From a plasmid, in sequence record NZ_AP019725.1: a DNA stretch of 64,000 nucleotides. One strand, given 5' to 3'. Positions 49,287-57,859 of this stretch are shown in pieces. The position numbers and the translations under genes were made by a program. The notes below the pieces were generated by a model that did not search any database, was not told the origin of the DNA, and worked only from the letters and a program-made list of their open reading frames with translations. How positions within the stretch are numbered: the stretch's first letter is position 1; the number at the start of each line of letters is the position of its first letter.

Positions 49287-51167
49287 TTATATTTCAATGG
49301 CATTGTCTATTGCATTCAATGATTGTTTCTCGGTCTTGAGTGTCCAGCCGATCGGTGACTTGCTTAACCTCATTATCCGCGTAGCACCGGATTGGGTGGA
49401 CATTTCTGTCTGTTGTCCGGACAACAATTTCTTGATTGCTTCCGGAGGCTGTTTTCCCAAATCAATATTGCTTGCGGTTAAAGGTTCTATCTTGCCGGCA
49501 GATTTATCCTTTATATAGAATTCTCCAGATGAGTCGTTTAATAATGACCTGCATCCGGATGATTGGAGTTCAACTGTATTCAGTTCCTTAATCCTCAAAA
49601 TTTCTTTAGTAGGCAATATGTGTTCTGTATAATCGCCGCCGGAACGGGACCCTGTACAAAGAATATAATCATTGCCGGATTTCCACACCATACGGTCTTG
49701 CATCTCATCTTTCCAATAAAATTGAGTATGAAGTTGCCCATGTTGATCGTAGTAGTAGTGGTGAATTACCGGCAGACCGTTTTTCTCAGATTTCCAGTTA
49801 ATGCCCATTGCCATAGCCATACGCCTTGCTGCCTGGGTACTTTCCAAGTCAGGATGCCCATTTGCAGCTTTTATAATCCTTTCTGTTTTGGTAGGCTGAC
49901 GTATCTCTCCTCTGCTGAGCATTGCTCTGTATTCTTCTTTCAGTACATTTCGTTCTGCTTCATATTTGTTGCTTCGTGTTATGCTTATGCTTGATAATAA
50001 ATTTTGTTGGTGTTGTGGCCGGAGGTTTCCCTTGCGTGTTGTGGGCACTGAATAAAATGGATTTTCATATCCTCTCGATACGAGATATTCATCTTCGGTC
50101 ATGACTGGTATCTGATTTTGTTTTTCGGTTGAATCCTCGTGTTCCCGGTTCAGACCTATACCTTCTTCCAGGGAAGTGACTGCTTTGTTGACATCACTTA
50201 AAATTGTCATAATAAATTTCGGATCACTCGAAATTATGGAACACCATCCGTCTAGGTACTGTGCGTTTTCTTTTCTGGGGGTAACTGCCATACCTAGATC
50301 ACGTCCGGTTACTGCAGCTGACAGTTCGGCAATCAATTCTTCGCGGGCGTATTCAGTGCTTCCGAAGGAACCAAATTTTCTTGCCAGTCTTTCTGGATGT
50401 CCGGTCGAATGTGCCATCTCGTGAAGAGCTGTGTAGTAGAATTCCTTATCATCAATGAATTGATACCTTTCTGGAAGGGTAATGGAATCTTTGTATGGGC
50501 TGTAGAAAGCTCCGTCTTGCTCTTTAAGGGTGATGGGACATAGCCATGTCTGTTTTTCAATGGTTGAATCCAGTAGGGCATTCCGGAAATTGTTGCTGGA
50601 ATTGATGGTGAACCTAAATTTCTTAACTAGAGCGTTCCATTTTTCTGGATAGACTTCTGAATAGTTGGTCTGGTCTAGATTGAACACGTTGTAATATTTA
50701 AGAAATGGAATGACTTTATATTTTTCTTGTTCTGCAGGTGATAGGTCCTTGTAGAATTCTCTTGTGACCCGCTTTCCCGTTATCTTGTCCTTAATGATTA
50801 AATCATAATAGGATACAGGAAATGCTTTGGCACCTTTCAGAACTTGTACCTTTTCATTACGCGCTTGGTTGAAAGTGACAAAAATAGGGGTTTTATATTT
50901 GTATTTATCACAAATAAAATAGAGTAAAACCTTGTTCTGATTATTGTATGATCTTCCTGTCAGATTTTGCGGAAATCCCTTGAATCGGGAAGTGAACCAC
51001 GGTTTCGTCCAGTTGGATGAATGTACTTCTTTCATCTTTTCGATCATTAGCTCTGCATACTTTTCTAATGCCGGATTTTCATTTTTCATAGCAATATACA
51101 GTATTAGTAAATATATTGTTTCAATTTTAATTCGCACAAATATATGCCTATAGCTATGCAATTGCAT
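49287..51167 (-). CDS. ArdC-like antirestriction protein (ssDNA-binding N-domain + zincin HExxH metallopeptidase domain) fused to the shared C-terminal domain
   Basis: SNWTKPWF...PQNLTGRSYNNQNKVLL (ArdC_N/DUF1738-like). HEMAHSTGH zinc motif. C-terminal DKSAGKIEPLTASNIDLGKQPPEAIKKLLSGQQTEM. The likely true start is MKNENPALEKY at 51089. Confidence 0.7.
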   Translation of the reverse strand: MQLHSYRHIFVRIKIETIYLLILYIAMKNENPALEKYAELMIEKMKEVHSSNWTKPWFTSRFKGFPQNLTGRSYNNQNKVLLYFICDKYKYKTPIFVTFNQARNEKVQVLKGAKAFPVSYYDLIIKDKITGKRVTREFYKDLSPAEQEKYKVIPFLKYYNVFNLDQTNYSEVYPEKWNALVKKFRFTINSSNNFRNALLDSTIEKQTWLCPITLKEQDGAFYSPYKDSITLPERYQFIDDKEFYYTALHEMAHSTGHPERLARKFGSFGSTEYAREELIAELSAAVTGRDLGMAVTPRKENAQYLDGWCSIISSDPKFIMTILSDVNKAVTSLEEGIGLNREHEDSTEKQNQIPVMTEDEYLVSRGYENPFYSVPTTRKGNLRPQHQQNLLSSISITRSNKYEAERNVLKEEYRAMLSRGEIRQPTKTERIIKAANGHPDLESTQAARRMAMAMGINWKSEKNGLPVIHHYYYDQHGQLHTQFYWKDEMQDRMVWKSGNDYILCTGSRSGGDYTEHILPTKEILRIKELNTVELQSSGCRSLLNDSSGEFYIKDKSAGKIEPLTASNIDLGKQPPEAIKKLLSGQQTEMSTQSGATRIMRLSKSPIGWTLKTEKQSLNAIDNAIEI

Positions 51168-51770
51168 TTCGATTTTTCAATTGATGACTAACACTTATAG
51201 GGAAGATTAGTTGTCATTATTCTAACAGAACTCTAACAGCCAAATTCACTGTAATCGACACTAAAATTACAATAAAGTTCACCATACAAAACAATAGTTC
51301 GGTATCAATACAATCAATAAATCATGCCTATTCTTGCGCTGATGGTTCTGTATATAAGGTTAATCATGGAGGAGGTATTGCTCCAGGACAAAAACATGAA
51401 GCTAGTATTTCCATCTCAAGCAGTAAGTTACCGATGACATTCATAAATGTTTCAGACTCATATCCGTCTGGCTTATCAGGGGCTTCATATCCGACTACAA
51501 TTATAAGTACAACGAAAGAGGTTCTGGTCACAGCGAATTAATAACTAATTTCAGAAGGAAACAAGGCCGGCCTCAATTATGGGCCAGCCTTGTCTTCATA
51601 AGCTATATACTGAAAAACTCTTTAGGAAATCATTTATTTAATAATCATATTTTCTCCAATCTGCTGATATATCCATATTCCTCGTTACAGTAAAAGTATA
51701 ACTATGCAGGCGATTAGTGTCAGAGAAGGTCTTTATTGCCGTTCCGGAATCCAGATAGAGTTCGGTACGG

Positions 51771-51953
51771 ATGGACTACCTGGACGACATCGACATAGAG
51801 GAGTTCCGGGATATTCCCACCTATAAGCGTATGTGTATATGCATCCTGCGCAACGACCATACCTGCAAGTATATGGGGTTCGCCTTGACGAAGGAGGAGA
51901 ACGAAATGAAGAGTAACGCCTTGAAAAAATACAAGGATATAAATGCACTATGA
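51771..51953 (+). CDS. Hypothetical small protein (60 aa)
   Basis: ORF only. Confidence 0.2.
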   Translation: MDYLDDIDIEEFRDIPTYKRMCICILRNDHTCKYMGFALTKEENEMKSNALKKYKDINAL

Positions 51954-51971
51954 TGCCTAACCTTCAACCAT

Positions 51972-51997
51972 AAAAAAGCCCCGACAGAAGCCGGGGC
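51972..51997 (-). terminator. GC-rich hairpin (GCCCCG-8nt-CGGGGC) with T6 on the minus strand (A6 on plus)
   Basis: Seen in the sequence. No adjacent minus-strand gene, so the function is unclear. It could also be a plus-strand attenuator. Confidence 0.35.
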
Positions 51998-52241
51998 CAC
52001 TTATCAAAAAATGATAAATAGAGAACTACTACAACAGCAAAAGTAATGTGTTTCCTTTAACAAACAAGTTATAACACATAGATGATGTGGATGCGTGTAT
52101 TGAAATAGACACATATAAGTATTCTTCTATAATAAGATTATAAAGTTGGGATTATGAAATATTTGTAGTACTTTTGTATTGTTTCATAAACTTACAGCCG
52201 TAATACTTACGATTGTAAGTTTTAATGGCAAGGCTGATTGA

Positions 52242-53597
52242 TTGATAAAAACAGAAAAAATGAAGTTTTATAATAGAGAAGAAGAACTTGAAGCTCTGAA
52301 TAAAGTAAGAGAATTGTCTTTTAATGAACATTCCATGTTCACAGTCCTTACAGGTAGACGTAGGATAGGTAAGACTAGCCTTATTAAAAAGAGTTGTAAT
52401 AATACTCCTACTGTCTATCTATTTGTATCTAGGAGTAATGAAGCATTATTATGCCAAAGTTTCGCTGAGGAGATCAGAACTGCCCTTAATATATTCGTAC
52501 CAGATGGCATAATATCTTTCGCCGATCTATTTCAATTTCTGATGGATGTTGGTACTAGAGCGAAATTTAATTTAGTAATTGATGAATTTCAGGAGTTCTT
52601 CTTTATAAACTCTGAAGTGTACAGTAAGATGCAACATATTTGGGATAGTTATCGACTAAAGTCAAATATTAATTTAGTAGTGAGTGGTTCAGTATATACC
52701 TTGATGACTAAAATATTTAAAGATGAGAAAGAACCACTATTTGGCAGAGCTGATCGAATATTAAAATTGATGCCATTTTCAATATCTGTATTAAAAGAAA
52801 TAATGACAGATAATGGGATACCTTTACCGGAGTGTAATGAAGAACTATTAGCTCTATACTCTTTTACAGGAGGGGTACCAAAATATGTCGAGATGCTTGT
52901 TGAGAACGGTTGTCATGGTCTCATGGATGTAATGGTTGATTTTATGGTACAACCTGATTCTCCTTTTCTCACTGAAGGGAAAAATCTCCTCATTCAGGAA
53001 TTTGGAAAACAGTATGGAAATTATTTTTCTATATTGGCATCTATTGCTAATGGAAAGAATACACTCACAGAAATGGAAAGCCTTATGGGGAATATAAGTC
53101 TATCTGGACAATTGAAACGTTTGGAAGAAGACTATGAGTTGATCAAAAAGAAGCGTCCACTATTTGCTAAAGAAGGTAGCCAAACCGTTAGATATGAGAT
53201 ATCAGATATGTTTTTACGCTTTTGGTTTCGTTACTTTGTTAAGTATCAAAATTTGATTGAGCTTCAAAACTATACTCTTTTAGGTGATATTATCAAAAAG
53301 GATTTTCCTACTTATTCTGGGATAACTCTAGAAATGTATTTTCGCAAAAAAATGATGGAAAGTCATGAATTTATGGATATTGGTGCCTGGTGGTCAGGTA
53401 AAAACAATTCCAATCAGAACGAAATTGATATTATTGGTATCTATGCAGATAATAAACGTGCCTTAGTTGCTGAAGTTAAACGTAAGGGACGTGAGTTTAA
53501 ACCTGAACACTTTAAGCAAAAGATTGATTTTATACGTACAAAAATACTTTCCAATTATGAAATAGAGAGCTGTTGTTTAAGTATGAATGATATGTGA
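52242..53597 (+). CDS. AAA-type ATPase of the PF01637-like family (second paralog)
   Basis: Walker A LTGRRRIGKTSL. Walker B LVIDEFQEF. 451 aa. The likely start is MKFYNREEELE at 52260. Confidence 0.65.
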   Translation: MIKTEKMKFYNREEELEALNKVRELSFNEHSMFTVLTGRRRIGKTSLIKKSCNNTPTVYLFVSRSNEALLCQSFAEEIRTALNIFVPDGIISFADLFQFLMDVGTRAKFNLVIDEFQEFFFINSEVYSKMQHIWDSYRLKSNINLVVSGSVYTLMTKIFKDEKEPLFGRADRILKLMPFSISVLKEIMTDNGIPLPECNEELLALYSFTGGVPKYVEMLVENGCHGLMDVMVDFMVQPDSPFLTEGKNLLIQEFGKQYGNYFSILASIANGKNTLTEMESLMGNISLSGQLKRLEEDYELIKKKRPLFAKEGSQTVRYEISDMFLRFWFRYFVKYQNLIELQNYTLLGDIIKKDFPTYSGITLEMYFRKKMMESHEFMDIGAWWSGKNNSNQNEIDIIGIYADNKRALVAEVKRKGREFKPEHFKQKIDFIRTKILSNYEIESCCLSMNDM

Positions 53598-53823
53598 GTC
53601 GGAATAATACTTTCCTTTACCCGTCCAAATAGAACAATCCCCTTACTTCAATTCAAGGTAAGCGACTGCTCAACTACATCTTGTGTATTCGATTTTTTAT
53701 TGAGGTGCACTCCATTGTAAGTGCGTCTCGATTTTTTCATATGCCAACTTATCTCAGGGTTGTTATTGAGTGTCAATCTCGCTTTTTCCCGTTTTTTCCT
53801 GCATTTTCTCGGAACTGTCCCGA

Positions 53824-55410
53824 TTATTTTCTCCATACATCCGGTAGCAGTTCCTTCAGGTCTCTGTCTGATTTGGGTGCCAGATAATAGGGGAGTTTAC
53901 TGATCACATCATTCAGCCACTCTCTGGGGTTGACACCACGTTCCTTACATGAGCCAAGCAAGGAGCAGATTATAGCCGTATTCTCAGCAGCTTCGTGATT
54001 TCCGCAGAACAGCATGTTCTTTCTTGATATGACCAGTGGCCTCAGGGCATTCTCACAGCGGTTGTTGTCTATAAAGATTCTTCCGTCATGGAGATACGGT
54101 TTCATTCTTGGCAGCAGGGAGTAGGCATAGGCTATGGCTTTCCCCATAAGACTTCGTTTTAGAACTTTAGGGTATGTGTTTTTAAGCCAGAGTTCAAAGC
54201 TGTCAAGTATCGGCTCGGATAGACGTTGACGTAATTCAGCACGTTTTTCATACGGGAGTTCCTGTTTATCCGCCATGTATTCCACATTATACATATCCTG
54301 GATAAATTTGAGTCCCTGCATGGCATATTCCGGATTTTCTTCCTTGCACAGCTCTATATGCCTGCGGATATGTGCGAGACAGCCACACAGGCACACGTCC
54401 TCTCTATCCTCAAAGGCGTCATAAATAGGATGGCCGTCACTTTGGAGATATCCTTTGAAGTTTTTCAAAAGCCTGACCGCAACTTTTTGTGAACGCGATC
54501 CGTTGTCGTAATGGAAGAAGAGCAGACGCGGCACAGCCGCTCGGACTATCCAGATGTATTCTTTTGCGGCTTTATGCCTCTCATGGTTTATAACCGGAAG
54601 CGTGGTCTCGTCAACCTGGAGGTAATCTGCGGCCAGTACTTTCTTCCTGAGTTCCAGATAAAGTGGTCTGAGAAGTTCGCAGACCGGTCTGAACCAGCCG
54701 TCCAATGTGTTTCTGGACAGTTTCACACCCAGATGTTCCAGCTGTTTCACTTGTCGGTAGAACGGGACATGATATTCGTACTTCTGTAAAAGGACCTCAG
54801 CGAGCATGGAAGCCCCGGGCATGCCTTTATATATGGGCATCAGTGGCATGGGAGCGGTTATTACAGCCTTTTCTCCGTTGTCAACGGCCTCCATTTCATT
54901 TTTCAGGGCATATGTGGGACGTACCGTGTCTTTCACATAGAGGTAGCCGGGTTTCATCTCAAGGGTCCTGGTATGTTCCTCGCCTATCTTGACGTATCTG
55001 CTTAAATCGACATTCTCCGGTTCGATGACGACTGTTACAACCGGAAGGTTATTCATGACGACCCGGTTACGGCGTGGCGTTTTATTGGCGGCCCGGGACT
55101 TGGGGACGGTAATCTGTTCAGCCGCCCTGCTCCGGGCCTCTTCGATTTCCGCCTCTATCTGTTCCAGGTCGCCATAGTCAAAAGGGAGCTTCGGGTCTCC
55201 GTTATCGACAGGCTTGCATTTCTCACTCATCTTTCCGAACACCTTCCTCTTCAGCCATGCCAGGGAGGCGTTCAGCTCAACTATCGTACCCCGGAGCTCT
55301 TCTATGGTCCTTGCCTGGGCCGAGATGATCTCACTCTGTTTACGGTTGATATCCAGCAGCTGTTCCATTGAGGATTCCACAGCTTGTCCGGTTGCATCTT
55401 CTTTTGCCAT
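53824..55410 (-). CDS. tnpC: IS66-family transposase TnpC (orf3)
   Basis: 528 aa. HVPFYRQ, LQVDETTLPV, CLAHIRRH and leucine-zipper-like N-terminus motifs typical of IS66 TnpC. Confidence 0.85.
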   Translation of the reverse strand: MAKEDATGQAVESSMEQLLDINRKQSEIISAQARTIEELRGTIVELNASLAWLKRKVFGKMSEKCKPVDNGDPKLPFDYGDLEQIEAEIEEARSRAAEQITVPKSRAANKTPRRNRVVMNNLPVVTVVIEPENVDLSRYVKIGEEHTRTLEMKPGYLYVKDTVRPTYALKNEMEAVDNGEKAVITAPMPLMPIYKGMPGASMLAEVLLQKYEYHVPFYRQVKQLEHLGVKLSRNTLDGWFRPVCELLRPLYLELRKKVLAADYLQVDETTLPVINHERHKAAKEYIWIVRAAVPRLLFFHYDNGSRSQKVAVRLLKNFKGYLQSDGHPIYDAFEDREDVCLCGCLAHIRRHIELCKEENPEYAMQGLKFIQDMYNVEYMADKQELPYEKRAELRQRLSEPILDSFELWLKNTYPKVLKRSLMGKAIAYAYSLLPRMKPYLHDGRIFIDNNRCENALRPLVISRKNMLFCGNHEAAENTAIICSLLGSCKERGVNPREWLNDVISKLPYYLAPKSDRDLKELLPDVWRK

Positions 55411-55490
55411 TCAATATCCTTTTTTGATGATATAAAGATAGCGAAAAGCTATAAGAAAAACAAGCCTTCAAGCTGTTTGTTTACAACTGT

Positions 55491-55862
55491 TTACCAATGC
55501 TTTTTCAAATTGGAAAGCCGTCTTTGCCTGCCTTTGCTGACATCTTCATTGATGCCTTCCACCATAACGACCAGGTCACTCCAGGTCATGGGGTAAGAAC
55601 GGGTGGCAGGATCATAGGCGGGTATCTTGAAGGTGCCTTCTTCAAGCAGTTTCTCGTAAAGGACCAGACCGCCCGGTTCGGCATGGAGCAATTTTATCTT
55701 GGTCCGGAAACGGTTGTAGAAAATGAATACGTCCCCACTTCTGATGTCGCCTCCCATCCTCTCATGCACAAGGCCGCAAAGAGTGAACATACCTTTCCTC
55801 ATGTCCGTATAACCGGGGCATAGGAAATATCTCATGCTGTCATTTAGGCAGAACATTGGCAT
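55491..55862 (-). CDS. tnpB: IS66-family accessory protein TnpB (orf2)
   Basis: MRYFLCPGYTDMRKG...FIFYNRFRTKIKLL matches the IS66 Orf2 family. 123 aa. Overlaps orf1. Confidence 0.8.
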   Translation of the reverse strand: MPMFCLNDSMRYFLCPGYTDMRKGMFTLCGLVHERMGGDIRSGDVFIFYNRFRTKIKLLHAEPGGLVLYEKLLEEGTFKIPAYDPATRSYPMTWSDLVVMVEGINEDVSKGRQRRLSNLKKHW

Positions 55863-56274
55863 TATATATTTTAGAGATCAGATTCAGGGCAGCTTCACAG
55901 CCGGAAGACCCTTTAAACTTCAACTTCAATCCGTTGGGTAATTCCAAGGATATTTCAGAGCTGTCCTTTCCTTTCAAGGGAAAGGGGACGCTAGGCTGGG
56001 GAGATGGCAGGGGAGTCTCGTGAGATATACCGGGGGATGGCGTGTCGCCATTGATTACTATGGGGACAAAGCTGTCTTTAACCCCTAAGCGGGAGGCTTC
56101 TGCCAATAACTCCCGCTCCGTTATACCGTATTTTTGTTTCCAAAGATAGAATCTACTACGGCTATAACCTTCATTCTCACAAAAATCAGCAATGGACAAA
56201 CCACTCTGCTGCTGACGGAAAAGAACGGAGATAAATTTTTCTCTGCTCATCATGTGTTTACGTCGCTGCATCAT
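55840..56274 (-). CDS. tnpA: IS66-family TnpA (orf1, HTH)
   Basis: 144 aa. HTH-like FCENEGYSRSRFYLWKQKYG. First gene of the IS66 operon. Confidence 0.7.
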   Translation of the reverse strand: MMQRRKHMMSREKFISVLFRQQQSGLSIADFCENEGYSRSRFYLWKQKYGITERELLAEASRLGVKDSFVPIVINGDTPSPGISHETPLPSPQPSVPFPLKGKDSSEISLELPNGLKLKFKGSSGCEAALNLISKIYNANVLPK

Positions 56275-56377
56275 AGGATATTATTTTTTTGTAGCAAAAG
56301 TAAGGAGGGAAAATGAACTGTAGAAGATGTACTTACTTAGGCGCTTACAATTCAAGAAGTAAGGGGATTATTGTTTG

Positions 56378-56587
56378 TTACTCTTCTTGGTGGTTCATGG
56401 CGTACTCTTCATGCCAAGCAAGAAAGGCTCTGGCGCTCTCGTCACTTATCGGCCGGGTATCAATCCATTCTTCCCATGCATCAGTTAGTTCAGGCTGTGC
56501 TTCAACAAACTCTACTAATGTAATTTTACCGTCTTGCTGAAGCTGTACAAGCTCCTCATAGCTTTTGTTTTGTAATTCTTTCATCAT
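56378..56587 (-). CDS. Hypothetical small acidic protein (69 aa)
   Basis: ORF whose stop abuts the palindrome arm to the right of the IS66 insertion. Convergent with the ATPase before the IS66 insertion. Confidence 0.35.
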   Translation of the reverse strand: MMKELQNKSYEELVQLQQDGKITLVEFVEAQPELTDAWEEWIDTRPISDESARAFLAWHEEYAMNHQEE

Positions 56588-56650
56588 CGTAATATTTAAT
56601 ATTTTAATATCTGGATATTTGAATATCTTTATATTTGTACATTTGAATAT

Positions 56651-56875
56651 TTATAGATCAGGCACCTTAACTGTAGCCTGATTATCCTCTTGATATTTCC
56701 TAAAGTCCTCTGTGAGCAGTTCAAGGTCTTTAATGAATTCATTACTGCATTCCTTTTTTGCCAAGGAATAATAATATTCCAATGTCTGCAACGCAAACTT
56801 ATCCTTCCCTACCAGGGTAAACAATGGTATGTCGTTTTTAAGCGCATTGCGAGCTAATATTACTTGATCTCTCAT
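56651..56875 (-). CDS. Stand-alone copy of the DIP(A/L)-type N-terminal domain (74 aa)
   Basis: MRDQVILARNALKNDIPLFTLVGKDKFALQTLEYYY aligns with 29875 and the N-terminus of 46624. Confidence 0.45.
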   Translation of the reverse strand: MRDQVILARNALKNDIPLFTLVGKDKFALQTLEYYYSLAKKECSNEFIKDLELLTEDFRKYQEDNQATVKVPDL

Positions 56876-56935
56876 TTTTTATTCTTGTTTTGATGAATAC
56901 TATTCTTCAACTTATCTAAAAATGACGAATATAGT

Positions 56936-57279
56936 TCATCACTTCCATGTCTTGGGAATTTGCTTACTCTTCTCCGGCTGGTCGGGATGGTATTTCTCTT
57001 CCTCTTCCATCTGAAGCCGGACGGCAGCGGCCATGAGCTGTGACAGTGGGACAATAGTAGTCCCGAATACCGCAAATGGCTCGTATTCTCCTTTATCATT
57101 CTGGATATACTTTCTTTCCCCTAAAACGAAGTATCTCTCCTTTTTCCTTGTGCTGCTTGTCTGAGCATCTTTAAGGTCTTGTAGCCGAAGGAAAGGGTAC
57201 GCATAGGGAAAGACTCTATTCCGATTGCAACATCTAGTTCCAATTTGAATCTGTATTTATTCTCTTCTACTATCATCTA
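56936..57279 (-). pseudogene. Small conserved protein gene with a frameshift in an A5 run (about 120 aa if repaired)
   Basis: Frame x: MIVEENKYRFKLELDVAIGIESFPMRTLSFGYKTLKMLRQAAQGKRRDTSF*. Frame x+2 continues KKERYFVLGERKYIQNDKGEYEPFAVFGTTIVPLSQLMAAAVRLQMEEEEKYHPDQPEKSKQIPKTWK*. The junction is at GGAAAAAGG. The track ORF 56872-57099 is the wrong frame. Confidence 0.4.
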
Positions 57280-57318
57280 AAACCAATCGGGTTACGTGTT
57301 TTCTCTTCAACTTTCTTC

Positions 57319-57822
57319 CTAACCTGAAGCTCGGCCAACGTCTGGTTGATCATCTTCAGTTACATCCGGGTATCCTCGTTGATGTCGTTGTAATCGGTGA
57401 AAACTTCTTCCATGTAGGCTCGGAGTTCCTTTATCTGTTTCTCCAGTTCCCCCACTCTGTCTACCGGTAGATTGGCTATCAGTTGACGGATGGCGACGAA
57501 GGCACGAACGATTAAAACACTTGTTTGGATAGCTATATTGCTTCTGAGCACACTTAACCCCATGCTCTGTAAAAGCTAATGGAATAGCAGTCTTTGGTCG
57601 TTTATTTCGTGATGTCATCACAAATTGTGATGACATATTTTGCCATTCGTCCTTTGCCAGTTGAAACATGAAGTCTTCCGGGAAACGCTCGATATTACGC
57701 TTCACCGCCTGATTGAGAACTCGTGTTTCCACCTCGTACATTTCTGCCAGGTCAAAGTCCAGCATTACCTTCTGGCCCCGGATCTCATATATCTTGCTTT
57801 GGATTAATTGCAGCTCGTCCAT
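57319..57822 (-). pseudogene. ORF6N (KilA-N-like) domain protein, degenerate copy (frameshift plus in-frame TAA)
   Basis: The N-terminus [55 protein letters not shown] matches the intact copy at 63460. The C-terminal half continues in another frame (57360-57563 ORF). CAA to TAA where the intact copy has DTRMQLEM. Confidence 0.65.
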
Positions 57823-57859
57823 AAAGAATTTATTGTCGATTGATTACACTAATGCATAC

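Larger units (their letters stand above)
53658..56348 (-). mobile_element. IS66-family insertion sequence (2691 bp) with GTAAGCG termini and a perfect 8-bp target-site duplication AATTCAAG
   Basis: GTAAGCG at 53658-53664 and its complement at 56342-56348. AATTCAAG at 53650-53657 and 56349-56356. Three co-oriented ORFs tnpA-tnpB-tnpC inside. Confidence 0.85.

Noticed and set aside
51520-51590. 11/12-bp stem ACAAGGCCGGCC...GGCCAGCCTTGT upstream of the ArdC-like gene
   Set aside because: There is no adjacent U-tract, and it lies in a promoter-proximal position. It is noted only as possible regulatory structure and is too weak to call.
56872-57099. 75-aa ORF MIKENTSHLRYSGLLLSHCHSS...
   Set aside because: It is the wrong frame over a frameshifted gene. 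The other two frames carry the conserved protein (see pseudogene 56936-57279).
57611-57635. Perfect 10-bp palindrome ATGTCATCAC-AAATT-GTGATGACAT (and TCACAAATTGTGA in the paralog at about 63830)
   Set aside because: It lies inside the ORF6N coding sequence and encodes the conserved SQ(I/F)VM segment. It is probably coding coincidence rather than an operator.
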